Shown: positions 49,429 through 50,556 of the stretch, one piece after another
Layout: each line of letters opens with the position of its first letter
How positions within the stretch are numbered: position 1 is the stretch's first letter
Assembly: GCA_043806415.1 (NCBI GenBank)
Contig: JAZDHB010000058.1
Location: 1 to 50,556, forward strand
DNA length: 50,556 nt
Source of the DNA: Candidatus Micrarchaeota archaeon
GTDB taxonomy: Archaea; Micrarchaeota; Micrarchaeia; Anstonellales; Anstonellaceae
Reading direction: 5' to 3'
Position numbers and translations under genes: made by a program
The notes under the pieces: model-generated
What the model saw: the letters and a program-made list of their open reading frames with translations, nothing else
The model's database searches: none
Told to the model about the DNA's origin: nothing

Positions 49429-50556
49429 GCTCTTGGGCGCTCCAAATCATTTTGGGCGACCGGGCTGGGCTTCATACTCCGCCTATAGCGGAGAGCCAGA
49501 GATAATCTCTCAATCAACAGTGTCCTTGTGCAAGACGTGTAGAAAAGAGATAGCTGCAACTCCCTGTGATTACTGCGAAACAAACGGGACATATTCTGGC
49601 GAAACTGAAAAAGTAGCCAAGTACACGTCGAATAGCCAGGCATTTGGCACCACTGTGGCCGAAACGCTGGTCAAGGAAGGAATTTCCGCGAAGACCGTTG
49701 CTATCGATGACACAAAGGACGAATTGTGCATCGTTTTTCAATCCCCAAACGGCTTCAAAGTCGGTCTCGTCTTCTTCAAGGGAACGCTCATCGGAGAGGA
49801 CACATTCAGGCAGACCGTCTCAAAAATGACCGACGAAAAACACGCGGATTATCTCGTATTCCTGTGCAAGCAGCATGACGAGTCAATAAGCAAGATTCTA
49901 AACTTCTACCCATACGCCCGCATCGACACCTTCGAGATTTCAGCCAAGAAACCGAACCTGCTCAAACAACATCTTGACACCTTCGCAGCGCTCGCTCCGA
50001 TACGTCCGAAGGCAAGCAGCTCTATCATGTATCGCGCTTCCGAAATTACAGCGGCAATCGAGGCCACAAAACGAATATACGCCCAAATCCGAAGCTCTGG
50101 GAAATCGACCAAGGAATTAGGCAACGAATTCGAAAAACACCTGATAATCGTCCTAAACTACCTTTTCACAACATTCGATGTTAAGAGCAGGGACCGTCTG
50201 CCCGAGCTTCTGATTTTTGACTATACCTCTGGGTTTTATCTGGTAGATATCAAAAGCGGGATGTACAAAATCGCCGACTACCGGCAGATACAATCCTATG
50301 CCAGTGCGTATTTTGCGCTTCTGTCTGAGCAGAAAAAATCAATCCACATTCGAGGTTTCATTGTCCCACATATCCTATGGAGCGAGAAAGCGGATGCCGT
50401 ATCAGACACATTCGAAAATTTTGTTAAAAACTACAAACCGCTCGCGGATGCCGGCGTGCAGATAACTCTAATGGACGTTGACGTGATACTGCGGCTCGCC
50501 GAGGCAAAGCCAACCATGAGCAATAACGCATTCACGCATCTCTTGCTCAATGTCGA
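49403..50556 (+). CDS. Hypothetical Zn-ribbon plus PD-(D/E)xK-like protein, partial; it runs off the right edge
   Basis: Absent from the track because no stop lies in the window. My translation in the frame of the ATG at 49403 is open to the window end (at least 384 codons). It shows CKTCRKEIAATPCDYC (a CxxC-x9-CxxC ribbon) and later ELGNEFEKHL...PELLIFDYTSGFYLVDIKSG (D ... D-I-K, restriction-endonuclease-like). Confidence 0.5.
   Translation, partial: MVGNGRLSKLLGAPNHFGRPGWASYSAYSGEPEIISQSTVSLCKTCRKEIAATPCDYCETNGTYSGETEKVAKYTSNSQAFGTTVAETLVKEGISAKTVAIDDTKDELCIVFQSPNGFKVGLVFFKGTLIGEDTFRQTVSKMTDEKHADYLVFLCKQHDESISKILNFYPYARIDTFEISAKKPNLLKQHLDTFAALAPIRPKASSSIMYRASEITAAIEATKRIYAQIRSSGKSTKELGNEFEKHLIIVLNYLFTTFDVKSRDRLPELLIFDYTSGFYLVDIKSGMYKIADYRQIQSYASAYFALLSEQKKSIHIRGFIVPHILWSEKADAVSDTFENFVKNYKPLADAGVQITLMDVDVILRLAEAKPTMSNNAFTHLLLNV

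Overview
GC-rich sequence (about 60 percent by eye, with AT-rich patches). I read it as an archaeal chromosomal segment. The evidence is a P0/P1/L1 ribosomal stalk operon, tandem PurP genes, a class I CCA-adding enzyme, Elp3, archaeal-type ValRS and AlaRS, a geranylgeranyl reductase, a presenilin homologue, a SAMP-like ubiquitin-fold protein, and TATA boxes 25-35 nt upstream of starts. About 50 genes are supported. Left to right: (1) a CDP-dideoxyhexose sugar cluster (rfbH partial, GT2, rfbF, rfbG); (2) lipid and cell-surface genes (GGR, UppS); (3) a type IV pilus-like locus (DUF192, secretion ATPase, double T2SS-F membrane protein); (4) purine genes (two purP); (5) kbl, PduO-type adenosyltransferase, nrdR, presenilin; (6) the stalk operon; (7) a SAMP plus TtuA/NcsA tRNA-thiolation pair; (8) a large transglutaminase-like surface protein; (9) valS, inositol-lipid genes (MIPS plus CDP-alcohol phosphatidyltransferase), elp3, thpR-cca, a frameshifted alaS and tRNA-Val(CAC). 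Accessory content: three type II toxin-antitoxin cassettes (one flanked by a 24-nt target duplication); a low-GC DUF3800 cassette flanked by short inverted repeats; and a lower-GC three-gene block at the right edge (Schlafen/AlbA_2-type ATPase-like regulator, an unknown protein, and a Zn-ribbon plus PD-(D/E)xK-like protein) that I consider a candidate uncharacterised defence-type system. The most unusual non-coding signal is a family of modular hairpin-mosaic repeats with conserved termini at 3967-4282, 8046-8109 and 25060-25176, with a degenerate relative at 20481-20613. One copy contributes codons to an ORF. All product calls rest on motif recognition from memory; no database search was run. 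Many long ORFs in the track are antisense shadows typical of GC-rich DNA and were rejected.
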